Below, piece after piece: positions 47,640 through 58,932 of a stretch of DNA of 64,000 nucleotides. The DNA comes from Alphaproteobacteria bacterium. Lineage in GTDB: Bacteria > Pseudomonadota > Alphaproteobacteria > CALKHQ01. Both the position numbers and the translations under genes were made by a program. Where the stretch lies: NCBI GenBank assembly GCA_965227515.1, contig CBDDFZ010000002.1, forward strand, positions 320,001 to 384,000, written 5' to 3'. Each line of letters starts with the position of its first letter. The first letter of the stretch is position 1. The notes below the pieces were generated by a model that saw only the letters and a program-made list of their open reading frames with translations, did no database searches and was not told where the DNA came from.

Positions 47640-48920
47640 ATGTCCCTCGTCCTGGGTCTCTACCGCACCGGCATGACCGTCGGCCTGCCGCTGATCGACC
47701 GCATCCTGAGGCGGCGGATCGGGCGCGACCGCGAGGACCCGGCGCGGATCGACGAGCGGCGCGGCGTTGCCGGATTGGCCCGGCCCAGCGGCCCGCTGAT
47801 GTGGCTGCACGCCGCCAGCGTCGGTGAGTCGATGAGCGCGCAGACCCTGATCGCCCGCCTGCTGGAAGCCGACCGCACCGCCCATGTGCTAGTCACCACC
47901 GGCACCGTCACCTCCGCGCGCATGATGGTGGAGCGCCTGCCGCCGCGCGCCTTCCATCAGTTCGTGCCGGTCGACCGGCCCGCCTGGGTGAAGCGGTTCC
48001 TGGACCATTGGCGGCCCGACCTCGCCTGTTGGCTGGAATCGGAGCTCTGGCCGAACCTGGTGCTGGAGACCCACCTGCGCGGCGTGCCGATGTGCCTGCT
48101 GAATGCGCGGATGTCGGCGAAGAGCCACGCCAACTGGTCGCGCCAGCGCGCCGCCGCCCGCAAGCTGCTCGGTGCGTTCGATCTTTGCTTGGCGCAGGAC
48201 GATGCCGCCGCCGCGCTGTTTCGTGACCTTGGCGCGCGGGAGGTGCGCAGCGCCGGCAACCTCAAGCTCGGCGCGGCGCCCCTGCCGGTGGACGAGGCGG
48301 CATTGGCCGAGATGCGCGCAAGCGTGGGCGACCGGCCGGTCTGGCTGGCGGCCAGCACCCATGAGGGCGAGGAGGCCATCGCGGCCGAGGTTGCGGAGCG
48401 TTTGCGCGCCCGCTGGCCCGACCTGCTCACCATCGTGGCGCCCCGTCATCCGGCGCGCGGCGCGGAGATCGCCGCGATGTTGCGCGCGCGCGGGCTGGAG
48501 GTCGCCCGGCGCGGCGCGGACGAGGCCCTGACACCGTCGACCGCCGTCTACCTCGCCGACACCATGGGCGAGATGGGGCTGTGGTACCGGCTGGCGCCGA
48601 TCGCCTTCGTGGGCGCCTCGCTGGTGCCGAAGAACGGGCACAACCCGTTCGAGGCCGCCCAGCTCGCCTGCGCGATCCTGTTCGGCCCGCACATGACCGG
48701 CTCGCCAGATTCGGCCCGGCTGTTGCTGGAGGGTGGCGCGGCGCAACAGGTCAGCGACGCCGGTGCGCTGACGACGGAGGTGGAGGCATTGCTGGCCGAC
48801 CCCGACGCCTGTCGTGCCCGGGCCGAGGCGGGGTTGGCGGTGGTGGCGGCGCATCGCGACGTCATCGACCGCACGCTGGCCGCGATCCGCCCGTATCTCG
48901 ACCGGCGCGACCCGGCCTGA
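47640..48920 (+). CDS. waaA: Kdo transferase
   Basis: WLHAASVGE, ESELWPN, NARMS, AASTHEGEE, APRHPAR, DTMGEMG, GHNPFEAA. Confidence 0.95.
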   Translation: MSLVLGLYRTGMTVGLPLIDRILRRRIGRDREDPARIDERRGVAGLARPSGPLMWLHAASVGESMSAQTLIARLLEADRTAHVLVTTGTVTSARMMVERLPPRAFHQFVPVDRPAWVKRFLDHWRPDLACWLESELWPNLVLETHLRGVPMCLLNARMSAKSHANWSRQRAAARKLLGAFDLCLAQDDAAAALFRDLGAREVRSAGNLKLGAAPLPVDEAALAEMRASVGDRPVWLAASTHEGEEAIAAEVAERLRARWPDLLTIVAPRHPARGAEIAAMLRARGLEVARRGADEALTPSTAVYLADTMGEMGLWYRLAPIAFVGASLVPKNGHNPFEAAQLACAILFGPHMTGSPDSARLLLEGGAAQQVSDAGALTTEVEALLADPDACRARAEAGLAVVAAHRDVIDRTLAAIRPYLDRRDPA

Positions 48921-48922
48921 CC

Positions 48923-49915
48923 ATGCGCACGCCCGCACATTGGGCCCATGACGGTTGGCGCGCGCGCCTGCTCACACCTTTGTCGTGGCTGTGGCGGGCC
49001 GGTGCCGCCCTGCGCCGGCTACGCGCCAAGCCCTGGACCGCGCCGGTGCCCGTGATCTGCATCGGCAACCTCAGCGCCGGCGGGGCCGGCAAGACGCCGA
49101 CCGCGATCGCGGTGGCGGAGCTGTGCCGCGACCTGGGTCGCGCGCCGCACTTCCTCAGCCGGGGCCATGGCGGGCGGCTGGCGGGGCCGGCGCGGGTGGA
49201 CCCGTCACGCCACACCGCCGCCGATGTCGGCGACGAGCCCCTGCTCCTGGCGGCCCTCGCCCCGACCTGGATCGCCCGCGACCGCGCCGCCGGGGCACGG
49301 GCAGCCGTTGCCGCCGGGGCCGAGGTCATCGTGATGGACGATGGGTTCCAGAACCCGAGCCTGGCGAAGGACCTGTCGCTGGTGGTGGTCGACGGCGCCG
49401 TGGGCTTCGGCAATGGCCGCATGATCCCGGCCGGTCCGTTGCGCGAGCCGATCGCCGGCGGCCTGGCACGCGCCGACGCCCTGGTGATCGTCGGTGACGA
49501 CGCGGCCGGCACGGCAAGCCTGGCCGGCGCGGTTCGCCCGGACCTGCCAGTGTGGCGGGCGCGGCTGGAGCCGGCGCCCACCGCCCTGGCGCTGGCCGGC
49601 AGCGCCGTGGTCGCATTTGCCGGTATCGGCCGTCCTGCCAAGTTCTTCGATATGCTAAAGGAGGTGGGGGCGCGCCTGGTGACGACTCACGCGTTCCCAG
49701 ACCACCACAACTATCGGACCGACCAGATCATGAAGCTATGCGAGCTTGCCGATGCCGCCGGGGCACGGCCGGTGACCACGTTCAAGGACTATGTGCGCCT
49801 GTCCGGGGAGGCACGCGCCATGGTGACCCCGGTGGGCGTCGCCCTGACCTTCGCCGCACCCGACGCGGTGCTCCGCAAACTGACCCAGGCGCTTGGCGAT
49901 GGCAGCGGTCGATAG
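48923..49915 (+). CDS. lpxK: Tetraacyldisaccharide 4'-kinase
   Basis: VICIGNLSAGGAGKTP, LSRGHGG, GDEPLLL, MDDGFQN, PAGPLRE, FAGIGRP, FPDHH. Confidence 0.95.
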   Translation: MRTPAHWAHDGWRARLLTPLSWLWRAGAALRRLRAKPWTAPVPVICIGNLSAGGAGKTPTAIAVAELCRDLGRAPHFLSRGHGGRLAGPARVDPSRHTAADVGDEPLLLAALAPTWIARDRAAGARAAVAAGAEVIVMDDGFQNPSLAKDLSLVVVDGAVGFGNGRMIPAGPLREPIAGGLARADALVIVGDDAAGTASLAGAVRPDLPVWRARLEPAPTALALAGSAVVAFAGIGRPAKFFDMLKEVGARLVTTHAFPDHHNYRTDQIMKLCELADAAGARPVTTFKDYVRLSGEARAMVTPVGVALTFAAPDAVLRKLTQALGDGSGR

Positions 49916-50828
49916 CGGGCGGTCCTGGTTCCGCCGCAACGTGGCGGACCGGCTGGAAGGCGGCGCCACCGCCGTCCTGATCTTCCTGATGCGCCTGCTG
50001 CCGTTGCGCGCGGCTTCCGCGTTCGGCGGCTGGGCGGCGCGCATGATCGGCCTGCGCATGGGCGTCAACAAGCGCGCGGTGCGCAATCTGAAGCTCGCGA
50101 TGCCCGATCTCAGCGACGCCGAGGTTAAGGCGATCACCCGCGAGATGTGGGACAATGTCGGCCGCACCGCTGCCGAGCTGACCCAGCTCCGCCGCTTCAT
50201 GCCGGCCAACGACTCGCCCTATCTGACGCTGGAGGGCGACCAGAGGGTGCGCGACTCCATCGCCGCCGGCCGGCCCATCGCTTTCGCCACGGCGCACTAT
50301 TGCAACTGGGAAGTACTGGGCCTGCTTGGCACCGCCGAAGGCATCGCGTTGACCCGCGTCTACCGCCCGTCCAACAACACCATCGTCGACCGCATGATCA
50401 ACGACATGCGCAGCCCCATCGAGGGCCCGCTGGTCGCCAAGGGCCAGGCCGGCATGCGCAAGCTGATCGTCGCCGCCCGCAAGGGCACGCCCATCGGCAT
50501 CATGTACGACCAGAAGCTGAACGAGGGCATTTCGGCACCGCTGTTCGGCCTGCCGGCGATGACGACGCCATTGCCGGCGCAACTCGCCGTGCGCTTCGGC
50601 TATGACGTCTATCCGCTGCGCACCGTGCGCACCAAGGGTTGCCACATGCGGGTGATCATCGAGCCGCCGCTGACTGTGCCCGAGGACGGCAGCGACGACG
50701 ACAAGGTGGCGGCCGTCACCGCCAATCTGAACGGGATCCTGGAAGCGTGGATCCGCGACCGGCCCGGCCTGTGGTTCTGGCTGCACAACCGCTGGGGCAA
50801 GTGGCGCGGCGGCGAACTGGTGCGTTAG
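49899..50828 (+). CDS. lpxL: Lipid A late acyltransferase (LpxL/HtrB family)
   Basis: AHYCNWE, YRPSNN, DQKLNEG, WFWLHNRW. Confidence 0.88.
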   Translation: MAAVDSGRSWFRRNVADRLEGGATAVLIFLMRLLPLRAASAFGGWAARMIGLRMGVNKRAVRNLKLAMPDLSDAEVKAITREMWDNVGRTAAELTQLRRFMPANDSPYLTLEGDQRVRDSIAAGRPIAFATAHYCNWEVLGLLGTAEGIALTRVYRPSNNTIVDRMINDMRSPIEGPLVAKGQAGMRKLIVAARKGTPIGIMYDQKLNEGISAPLFGLPAMTTPLPAQLAVRFGYDVYPLRTVRTKGCHMRVIIEPPLTVPEDGSDDDKVAAVTANLNGILEAWIRDRPGLWFWLHNRWGKWRGGELVR

Positions 50829-50869
50829 CGGCGGCGTCCCTTCCAAGCCTACCGTCATCAATAAACAAG

Positions 50870-50897
50870 ATCGTCATCCTCGGGCTTGTCCCGAGGA
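50870..50897. repeat. Isolated family A left arm
   Basis: ATCGTCATCCTCGGGCTTGTCCCGAGGA, the exact reverse complement of 51645-51672. Confidence 0.85.
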
Positions 50898-50942
50898 CGA
50901 CAATGTGGGGATTGAGGGGACGGGCAAGCCCCGCAACGAAAC

Positions 50943-50975
50943 AACCCTCCCCCGCGGAGGTTGCGGGGGAGGGTT
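50943..50975 (-). terminator. Probable intrinsic terminator between convergent genes
   Basis: 13-bp stem AACCCTCCCCCGC/GCGGGGGAGGGTT with a 7-nt loop, followed on the minus strand by GTTTCGTT. Confidence 0.65.
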
Positions 50976-51029
50976 CGAGGCCGGGCGGTTGCGGCGTGGG
51001 TGCCCGGCCAAGCTGGGTCCATCGACCGA

Positions 51030-51365
51030 TTACTCGACGACGATGGAGTCGTACTGGCAGAGGTCGATGCCGTAGCTGTCCTGCTGGTAGCCGTCTTCCC
51101 AGATCACCAGCATGTCGTACATGCAGTGATCGCCGTAGGAGTTCAGCTCCACCTGCATGGTGCCGCCGGTGGGCAGGATCGCCTCGGCGAGCAGGTCGTT
51201 GCCCCAGTTGTCGGAAAAGTCCGGCGAGACATAGACGTAGTAGATGTCCATGCCGCTGGCGTTCTCGACCTCGAAATAGGTGCCGGCCTGCGCGGCGGCT
51301 GCGGTGGCGAGCATGCCGCTGGCGGCGATGGCTGCGATGGCGGTGTTGCGGATCTGCTTGAACAT
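51030..51365 (-). CDS. Small acidic secreted protein of unknown function
   Basis: Signal peptide ..AAAQA; FEVENASGMDIYYVYVSP..WGNDLL..CMYD..IDLC (two Cys); GC3-rich codons. Confidence 0.8.
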   Translation of the reverse strand: MFKQIRNTAIAAIAASGMLATAAAAQAGTYFEVENASGMDIYYVYVSPDFSDNWGNDLLAEAILPTGGTMQVELNSYGDHCMYDMLVIWEDGYQQDSYGIDLCQYDSIVVE

Positions 51366-51493
51366 TGTGTGGTTCCCGTTTCTCCAGTGGCGAGGATCGT
51401 TGCGTCCTGCCGATGAGGAGAATTTGGGAGGCCACGAGGGGCCGGGATGTGAAGCAGATCACCGGGGCGATTGATTGCCTGGAAACCTGTCCT

Positions 51494-51723
51494 GATGCCC
51501 TCGGCCTTGTGCCGAGGGCCCATTGAAGTGCAGGGCGGTCTGTGTCGAACCCCCCGCTCGTCAGTGATGCATTTGTAGTTATGGGCGGCCGCCACGGGCT
51601 GCTCACGGGCGCCCTAACCGATTGGCGTACTGGACATGAATGGATCCTCGGGACAAGCCCGAGGATGACGATGGGGTTGGGGCGGACCGGCACAATGGGC
51701 CCTCGCACAAGGCCGAGGGCGTC
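51494..51723. repeat. Nested cluster of three family A arms
   Basis: GATGCCCTCGGCCTTGTGCCGAGGGCCCATT (51494), AATGGATCCTCGGGACAAGCCCGAGGATGAC (51639), AATGGGCCCTCGCACAAGGCCGAGGGCGTC (51694). Confidence 0.8.
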
Positions 51724-51734
51724 AAATCGGTGAA

Positions 51735-52100
51735 TTATGGCTCCCGCGACAGGCCGCGTTTAGAAAGCGCATCGAGGTAGGTCTGCCAGATCTCGTCCTG
51801 CCGGCTGCCCAGCTCGTGCAGGTAGCGCCAGGAATAGAGCCCGGTCGCGTGCCCGTCGTCGAACAGGATGCGCACGGCGTAGTTGCCGACCGGCTCCATA
51901 CCGGTGACGGCGACGTGGCGCTTGCCGGGGACGATGGTCTTCTGGTCGCCACCATGGCCCTGCACCTCGGCGGACGGGCTTTCCACGCGCAGCAACTCGG
52001 CGGTCAGGCGAAAGGAACTGTCATCGTCGAATTCGACGACCAGTTCCTGCGCGTCGCGGTCGAAGCGCAGCTCGGTGGGCCAATGGTCGTTGTTGGTCAT
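51735..52100 (-). CDS. DUF971 / gamma-butyrobetaine hydroxylase-like N-terminal domain protein
   Basis: WPTELR..AELLRVESPSAEVQGHG..VGNYAVRILFDDGHATGLYSW. Confidence 0.9.
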   Translation of the reverse strand: MTNNDHWPTELRFDRDAQELVVEFDDDSSFRLTAELLRVESPSAEVQGHGGDQKTIVPGKRHVAVTGMEPVGNYAVRILFDDGHATGLYSWRYLHELGSRQDEIWQTYLDALSKRGLSREP

Positions 52101-52121
52101 GGACGTAGGCGCGACCTAAAT

Positions 52122-52319
52122 CTAATCGCTCAGTTCGCGCGCCTCGTCCGGCAGCATGATCGGGATGCCGTCGCGGATGGGGTAGGCAAGGCCCGCCGCC
52201 TTGCTGATCAACTCGTTGGCCTCGCGGTCATAGACCAGCGCGGTCTTGGTGATGGGGCAGACCAGAAGCTCCAGCAGCTTCGGGTCGACCTGGCTGGCGT
52301 TGGTGTCCTGGTCTGCCAT
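52122..52319 (-). CDS. Trm112/YcaR (UPF0434) family protein
   Basis: [32 protein letters not shown]. Confidence 0.93.
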   Translation of the reverse strand: MADQDTNASQVDPKLLELLVCPITKTALVYDREANELISKAAGLAYPIRDGIPIMLPDEARELSD

Positions 52320-52346
52320 GTTCGAGTTCCTTCCGCGAAGCGCCAG

Positions 52347-52625
52347 CTATTCCACCGCCGCCAGCGTCTCGCGCACCTCTGCGTAGAGCGCGCAGGCGGC
52401 GTCGGCATCGCTGCCGGCCAGAGCACCGGCTTCCGACATCTTCTGGTTCAGCTCCATCATCGTCGCCATGTTGTCCTCGGTCGGGTTGGCGGCCAAGGTG
52501 GCATTGGCCTCGGCGAGCGCCGGGCCGATATCCTGCGCTTCCTGTGCCGGGTCGCAGTCCGCCGCCAGCGCCGCCGGTACCGACGTCAGCACGAAGGCTC
52601 CGGCAATCAATACACGTTGAAACAT
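52347..52625 (-). CDS. Small secreted helical protein with two Cys, unknown function
   Basis: Signal peptide MFQRVLIAGAFVLTSVPAALA-ADC..AACALY. Confidence 0.65.
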   Translation of the reverse strand: MFQRVLIAGAFVLTSVPAALAADCDPAQEAQDIGPALAEANATLAANPTEDNMATMMELNQKMSEAGALAGSDADAACALYAEVRETLAAVE

Positions 52626-52746
52626 GGTGTCAAACCCCTGTCGATCATAGAGATGGAACCGTGCTGCACCGCCCCTCGCCGCACACGATGCCCGCGTTGT
52701 CGTGGCCGATTGTGGCAAAGCGTTGGCGGCGGGCCATCGGCACGGA

Positions 52747-53931
52747 TCACACCGGGTCCTGGGTCATGTCCAGGTGGAGCGCGCCGCCGTCATAGGGATG
52801 GGCCGCCGCCACCGCCTCGTCGAGCTCGACCCCCAGCCCAGGTGCCGCCGGCGGGATGACGTAGCCGTCTTCCCATGCGATCGGTGTTTTCAGGATGTCG
52901 GCGTGGAAGCCGTCCCAGCGGCCGATCCCCTCCAGGATCAGGAAGTTCGGCGAGCAGGCGGCGATCTGGACGTTGGCGGCGCCGACCACCGGCCCGCAAT
53001 AGAGGTGCGGCGCGATCTGGGCATAGTGCGCCTCGGCCATGCCGGCGATCTTCTTGGCCTCCAGGATGCCGCCAACCCGGCCCAGATTCATCTGCAGGAT
53101 CGAGGCGGCCCCGGTGGCCAGCACCCGCGCGAACTCGTATTTGGTGGCCAGCCGCTCGCCGGTTGCGATGGGGATGGAGGTGGCCGCCGACACCCGGCCC
53201 ATCTGCTCCGGCATCTCCGGCGGGGTCGGCTCCTCGAACCACAGCGGATCGTAGGGCTCGATCTGGCGCGCCAGCCGGATCGCGCCGGCGGTGGTCATCT
53301 GGCCGTGGGTGCCGAACAGCAGGTCGGCGCGGCTGCCCACGGCGTCACGCAGCTTGCGCATGAAGGCGACCGACCGCTCGATCTCAGCCAGCGAGAGCTG
53401 GCGCGCGCCAAACGCGGTGTAGGGGCCGGCCGGGTCAAACTTCACCGCCGTGAAGCCCTGGGCAACGCAGGCCGCCGCGCGCTCGGCCGCGAGATCGGGG
53501 TCGGCATAGACGTCGGTGGCATCGCCCGGCTCGGGATAGAGGTAGGTGTAGGTCCTGAGCCGCTCGTGCACCCGCCCGCCGAGCAGTTGATGCACGGGCT
53601 TGTCGACGGCCTTTCCGACGATGTCCCAGCAGGCCATCTCCAGCCCGCTCAGGATGGCGCACATCGCGCTGTCGGGCCGCTGGGTGAAGCCGGTGGAATA
53701 GACCCGGCGCCACATCGCCTCGATCTGGAACGGGTCGCGGCCCTCAACGTGGCGGGCGAACACGTCGGCGATCATCCGCGCCACCACGTGCGGGTCGAAC
53801 GGCACCGAGTAGACCTCGCCGACGCCGGAGATGCCGTTGTCGGTTGTCAGCTTCAGAAAGACGAAATAGCGCCCGCCGAAGTGCGGCGGCGGGTTGCCGA
53901 CAACGAAGGTCTGCAGTTTGGTGATTTTCAA
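52747..53931 (-). CDS. Mandelate racemase/muconate lactonizing enzyme (enolase superfamily) protein
   Basis: TTG start LKITKLQTFVV; GLEMACWDIVGK, KFDP, GTHGQ, WFEEP, TGERL, APHLYCGP. Confidence 0.88.
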   Translation of the reverse strand: MKITKLQTFVVGNPPPHFGGRYFVFLKLTTDNGISGVGEVYSVPFDPHVVARMIADVFARHVEGRDPFQIEAMWRRVYSTGFTQRPDSAMCAILSGLEMACWDIVGKAVDKPVHQLLGGRVHERLRTYTYLYPEPGDATDVYADPDLAAERAAACVAQGFTAVKFDPAGPYTAFGARQLSLAEIERSVAFMRKLRDAVGSRADLLFGTHGQMTTAGAIRLARQIEPYDPLWFEEPTPPEMPEQMGRVSAATSIPIATGERLATKYEFARVLATGAASILQMNLGRVGGILEAKKIAGMAEAHYAQIAPHLYCGPVVGAANVQIAACSPNFLILEGIGRWDGFHADILKTPIAWEDGYVIPPAAPGLGVELDEAVAAAHPYDGGALHLDMTQDPV

Positions 53932-53945
53932 GGAGACAACGCGTG

Positions 53946-54611
53946 TCAGCCGGTGCGGCGGAGCGCCGGTGCGGGCTGGGTCACCGATGCGGCGGCGGGC
54001 GGCACGCTGACCACCCGCTGCGGGTCCAGCACCATGCCGAACAGCAGGTGGTCGTGCCAGTGGCCGTTGATGCGCAGATAGGCATCGGCGCGGCCCTCCT
54101 GCCGGAAGCCGCACTTCATCAGCAGGCGCTGGCTCGGCACGTTGGTCGGCAGGCAGGCCGCCTCCAGCCGGTGCAGGTGAAGCTGGCGAGCGCAGAAATT
54201 GACCATGCAGGTCAGCGCATCGGTCATGTAGCCCTGGCGGGCGTATGGCTCGCCGATCCAGTAGCCGAGCGCGCCGGACTGGGCGACGCCGCGCCGGATG
54301 TGGCTGAGGGTCAGCCCGCCGAGGAGCTGGCCGTCGCTGCGGCGCATCAGCAACAGGCCGTAGCCGGCGTCCGCCCGCATGTCCTGGTTGTTGCGGCGCA
54401 GGCGCCCGCGAAACGCGGCCCGCGACAGGGCATCGCGCGGCCACACCGGCTCCCATGGGGTCAGGAAGTCGCGACTCTTTGCACGCACGTCGGCCCACTG
54501 GCGGTAGTCGGACATCACCGGCGGGCGCAGCACGACGCGGCCGGCATCCAGAACCAGGCGCGGCGGCCGCGCCATCATTCCATCCAGCAGGTCCTGCAAA
54601 CGTCTCGCCAA
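53946..54611 (-). CDS. rimJ: RimJ-type GNAT N-acetyltransferase
   Basis: SRDFLTPWEP, IRRGVAQSGALGYWIG, LHRLEAACLPTN, YLRINGHWHDH. Confidence 0.88.
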   Translation of the reverse strand: MARRLQDLLDGMMARPPRLVLDAGRVVLRPPVMSDYRQWADVRAKSRDFLTPWEPVWPRDALSRAAFRGRLRRNNQDMRADAGYGLLLMRRSDGQLLGGLTLSHIRRGVAQSGALGYWIGEPYARQGYMTDALTCMVNFCARQLHLHRLEAACLPTNVPSQRLLMKCGFRQEGRADAYLRINGHWHDHLLFGMVLDPQRVVSVPPAAASVTQPAPALRRTG

Positions 54612-54627
54612 TGCCTGACGGTCCCGT

Positions 54628-55890
54628 TCAGTTCAACCGCGCGATCAGATCGTCGCGATCGATCGCCTGCCCCAGGGGGCCAAGCTGCGCCAAAGTCGGT
54701 GGCATCGCACGCAACCGTGCTGCCATGGCTGCGACCGCATCGCAATCCACCGCGTCGATCTTGGCAACCATGTCATCCAGAGACAAGGGCTCACCGTAGA
54801 TGATCAACTGCTGCGCGAGCTGCTCGCAGCGGCCCGACGTGCTTTCCAGCGACATCAGGATGCTCGCCTTGAGCTGGGCGCGCGCGCGGGCGACCTCCGC
54901 CTCCGTCAGGTCCTGGTCGACGCCGGCCATCACCTCGGCGATGACGCGCAGGCATTCGCCGGCGTCCTCCGGCCCGGTGCCGGCATAGATCGAGAACAGG
55001 CCGCTGTCGCGGTATGGCTGGGCGTAGGACTGGATGGCGTAGACCAGGCCGCGCTTCTCCCGCAGTTCCTGGAACAGGCGGGACGACATGCCGCCGCCCA
55101 GAAGGGTGGCGAACACCGACAGCGGATAGATGTCGTCGCTGCGGCTGGCCACGCCCTCCAGCCCCAGCAGGATGTGCACCTGCTCCAGCGCCCGGTCGTC
55201 GCGGAACTCGCCGCCCTCGTAACGCGCCGGCTCCAGCGGCAACCGGCCATTGCCCGACGGCAGGGCGCCGCAGCGGCGCGCGACCTCGTCGACCAGGTGG
55301 TCGTGATCCAGCCGGCCGGCGGCGGCGAACACCATGCCATGGGCCGTGTAGTTCTCGCCCCGGAACCGGTCGACGGTGTCCCGGTCCATGGCGGCCACGA
55401 TCTCGGGCTCGCCCAGCACCGGGCGGCCCAGGCTCTGGCCCGGATAGGCGGTGGCCTGGAAATGGTCGTGGATCACGTCGTCGGGCGTGTCGTTGGCCTG
55501 GCCGATCTCCTGCAACACTACGGTGCGCTCGCGGACCAGTTCGTCCTCGTCCAGCGTCGCGTCGATCACGATGTCGCTGACCAGGTCGATAGCGAGGTCG
55601 ATGTCGTCCTTCAGCACCTTGGCGTAATAGCCAGTCTGCTCGCGCCCGGTGTAGGCGTTCATGATGCCGCCGACGTCCTCGATCTCCTCGGCGATGGCCT
55701 GGGCGGAGCGGCGGCCGGTGCCCTTGAACACCATGTGCTCCAGCATGTGGGCGACGCCGTTGTCCTCGGCGCGCTCGTTGCGGGTGCCGGCGCCGATCCA
55801 TATGCCCAGGGACACGGACTGAACGCTGTCGCGGGCCTCGCTGATGATGCGGAGCCCATTGTCGAGCGTGGTGATGCGCACGCCGCTCAT
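54628..55890 (-). CDS. M16 (pitrilysin/MPP-like) zinc peptidase
   Basis: TTLDNGLRI, AHMLEHMVFKGT (HxxEH), LGGGMSSRLFQELREKRGLVY. Confidence 0.93.
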   Translation of the reverse strand: MSGVRITTLDNGLRIISEARDSVQSVSLGIWIGAGTRNERAEDNGVAHMLEHMVFKGTGRRSAQAIAEEIEDVGGIMNAYTGREQTGYYAKVLKDDIDLAIDLVSDIVIDATLDEDELVRERTVVLQEIGQANDTPDDVIHDHFQATAYPGQSLGRPVLGEPEIVAAMDRDTVDRFRGENYTAHGMVFAAAGRLDHDHLVDEVARRCGALPSGNGRLPLEPARYEGGEFRDDRALEQVHILLGLEGVASRSDDIYPLSVFATLLGGGMSSRLFQELREKRGLVYAIQSYAQPYRDSGLFSIYAGTGPEDAGECLRVIAEVMAGVDQDLTEAEVARARAQLKASILMSLESTSGRCEQLAQQLIIYGEPLSLDDMVAKIDAVDCDAVAAMAARLRAMPPTLAQLGPLGQAIDRDDLIARLN

Positions 55891-57284
55891 GCCGCGCCCG
55901 CCATCGCCAGCGCATTGCGGATGTGGGCCTGCAGGGCAGGGGCATCGTTCGGCAGCACCTCGAACCGCTCCGGCCGGTCCAACAGGTCGGCCAGGTGCGG
56001 CGGCAGCGCGGGGCGCACGCCGGTGGCGCGTTCCACCGCATCGGGGAACTTCGCCGGGTGCGCGGTGCCGGCGACCACAATCGGGCCGTCGGCATACTCG
56101 GCGCAGTCCTGCACCGCCGCCAAGCCCACCGCCGTGTGCGGGTCGACCAGCTCGCCGTGGCGTGCATGGGCGTCGGCCATCACTTCCAGCGTGCGCGCGT
56201 CGTCGGCGCGGCTGCCGACGAAGTCGCGGCGGATCATCGCCATCGCGTCGTCGGGCAGGGCATAGCTGCCGGTCCGCCGGAAATCGGCCAGCGTCTTGGC
56301 GACCCGGTCGCCGTCGCGGCCCAGCGCCTCGAACAGCAGGCGCTCGAAGTTGGAGGACACCTGGATGTCCATGCTGGGCGAAAGCGTCGGGGTCACGTCG
56401 GCCATGGTCATGGCGCCAGTGTCGAGGAAACGGGTGAGGATATCGTTGCTGTTGGAGCCCAGGATCAGCCGGCCGATGGGGAAGCCCAGCCGCTTGGCGA
56501 TGTGGGCGGCCAGCACGTTGCCGAAATTGCCGGTCGGCACCGCGAACGACACCGGGCGGCCGGGCCGTGCGAGCTTGCACGCGGCGCGGGCGTAATAGAC
56601 CACCTGCGCCACCACGCGGGCCCAGTTGATCGAATTCACCGCCGACAGCCGCACCTCGCCGCGGAACGCGGGGTCGTTGAACAGCGCCTTCACCAGGTCC
56701 TGGCAGTCGTCGAACGAGCCCTCGATGGCGATGTTGTGGACGTTGGCGGCCTCGACCGTCGTCATCTGGCGGCGCTGCACATCGGTCACCCGGCCTTTCG
56801 GGTGCAGCATGAAGATTTCGACCGAGGCACTGCCGCGCACCGCCTCGATGGCGGCCGATCCGGTGTCGCCGGAGGTGGCGCCGACGATGGTGATGCGCTC
56901 GCCGCGCTTGGTCAGCACGTGGTCGAACAGGCGGCCCAGCAGTTGCAGCGCCACGTCCTTGAACGCCAGGGTCGGGCCGTGGAACAGCTCCATCAGCCAC
57001 ACGCCGCTGTCGAACTCCTTCAGCGGCGTCACCGACGGGTGGCGAAAGACCTCGTAGGCCTCGCCCAGCAGCCGGTCGAGGGTCGGGCGGTCGATGGCCC
57101 CGCCGACAAAAGGCGCGATCACGTCGCCCGCGACCGCGGCATAGGGCCGGTCGGGATCCAGGTCGGTCGGCGCCGGCGGCAGCGTTTCCGGCAGGTAGAG
57201 CCCGCCGTCGCTGGCCAGGCCGGCCAGCAGCGTTGCCTCGAAATCGAGCGCGGGGGCGGCGCCCCGGGTGCTGACATAGCGCAC
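55887..57284 (-). CDS. thrC: Threonine synthase
   Basis: YVSTRG, ELFHGPTLAFKD, GATSGDTG, VNSINWAR, VPTGNFGN, SPSMDIQVSSNFER, TAHPAKF. Confidence 0.97.
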   Translation of the reverse strand: MRYVSTRGAAPALDFEATLLAGLASDGGLYLPETLPPAPTDLDPDRPYAAVAGDVIAPFVGGAIDRPTLDRLLGEAYEVFRHPSVTPLKEFDSGVWLMELFHGPTLAFKDVALQLLGRLFDHVLTKRGERITIVGATSGDTGSAAIEAVRGSASVEIFMLHPKGRVTDVQRRQMTTVEAANVHNIAIEGSFDDCQDLVKALFNDPAFRGEVRLSAVNSINWARVVAQVVYYARAACKLARPGRPVSFAVPTGNFGNVLAAHIAKRLGFPIGRLILGSNSNDILTRFLDTGAMTMADVTPTLSPSMDIQVSSNFERLLFEALGRDGDRVAKTLADFRRTGSYALPDDAMAMIRRDFVGSRADDARTLEVMADAHARHGELVDPHTAVGLAAVQDCAEYADGPIVVAGTAHPAKFPDAVERATGVRPALPPHLADLLDRPERFEVLPNDAPALQAHIRNALAMAGAA

Positions 57285-57286
57285 GC

Positions 57287-58822
<1,536 letters not shown>

Positions 58823-58932
58823 GGATCAGCGGTTCTCCAGATACATCTGCGCGAGGGCGGCACTGGATATCACGGCACCGCGTGCCTTGCCACGCTTGCG
58901 GGATTGTTTGGTCACGTCGGCACCGGCCCGGT

